Virus record (IMG/VR): IMGVR_UViG_3300042197_002234 | Location: 96,001 to 160,000 of that record | Length of the DNA: 64,000 bases | Origin: a virus | Reading direction: 5' to 3' (one strand) | Shown: positions 63,803 through 64,000 of the stretch, one piece after another | Layout of the letters: the number at the start of each line of letters is the position of its first letter | Position numbering within the stretch: position 1 is the first letter of the stretch | The notes under the pieces: model-generated | The model's input: the letters and a program-made list of their open reading frames with translations, nothing else | Told to the model about the DNA's origin: nothing | The model's database searches: none | Translations under genes and position numbers: made by a program

Positions 63803-64000
63803 ATGAAAACTAAGAACATATTTTTATTTTCACTACTAACAATATCAACAATTGTTATATGTAGTTATTTTATTGAAAATAAATATGTTCATAACGAGTA
63901 TGTTTATATCGATGGAACAGGTGGAGAATCGTCTTTACCTGTTTCGTTAAAGATGTATGAAATTATTGAGGAACTCAGTTCAAAATATAATATTCCAAAA
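63803..64000 (+). CDS. Partial ORF, possible SLT lytic transglycosylase
   Basis: N-terminal TM, then MYEIIEELSSKYNIP at the window edge, resembling an SLT domain start. Confidence 0.4.
   Translation, partial: MKTKNIFLFSLLTISTIVICSYFIENKYVHNEYVYIDGTGGESSLPVSLKMYEIIEELSSKYNIPK

Noticed and set aside
1-64000. Stop-codon reassignment as seen in some jumbo phages
   Set aside because: Recognisable enzymes are full-length in code 11, and no suppressor tRNA was found
1-64000. Cellular (bacterial chromosome) origin suggested by dnaK, clpC, purA and ssrA
   Set aside because: These genes are scattered among dense phage-type hypotheticals, homing endonucleases, endolysin and RNA ligases, with no dnaJ/grpE or operon context

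Overview
AT-rich segment of a jumbo (huge) bacteriophage genome. The host is most likely Bacteroidota/Flavobacteriia, judged from repeated TTTG..TAnnTTTG sigma70 promoters, lack of Shine-Dalgarno sites, Bacteroidetes-type lipoproteins and a T9SS-like C-terminal tail. The window holds acidic late/virion-type genes, ClpC, DnaK, SlyD-like PPIase, tmRNA, a probable GOLLD RNA within a ~1.8 kb ncRNA locus, an RNA-repair set (Rnl1, DRB0094-type ligase, phosphoesterases, cREC, AAA_33 kinase, HAD), a glycosyltransferase cluster, purine/polyP genes (GuaB/GuaC-like, PurA, PPK2), an aaRS catalytic-domain paralog and lysis genes. A minus-strand array carries 27 tRNAs covering all 20 amino acids, interleaved with giant tRNA-like RNAs and about a dozen unexplained structured RNAs. 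The top finding: each of the two tRNA operons is preceded by a short leader ORF with an overlapping antiterminator, an intrinsic terminator (same CAUAAAAA loop) and a boxA. The sensing codons of each leader match the tRNAs in its own downstream operon (leader 28898-28987: Q,M,V,F,H,S,R,P,I,K,C,W,N,Y; leader 24472-24543: A,D,M,G,L,T,I,E). This looks like a multiplexed ribosome-stalling attenuator that turns on phage tRNAs when any cognate host tRNA is depleted. All calls were made by eye with no database searches; RNA pairings were read manually.
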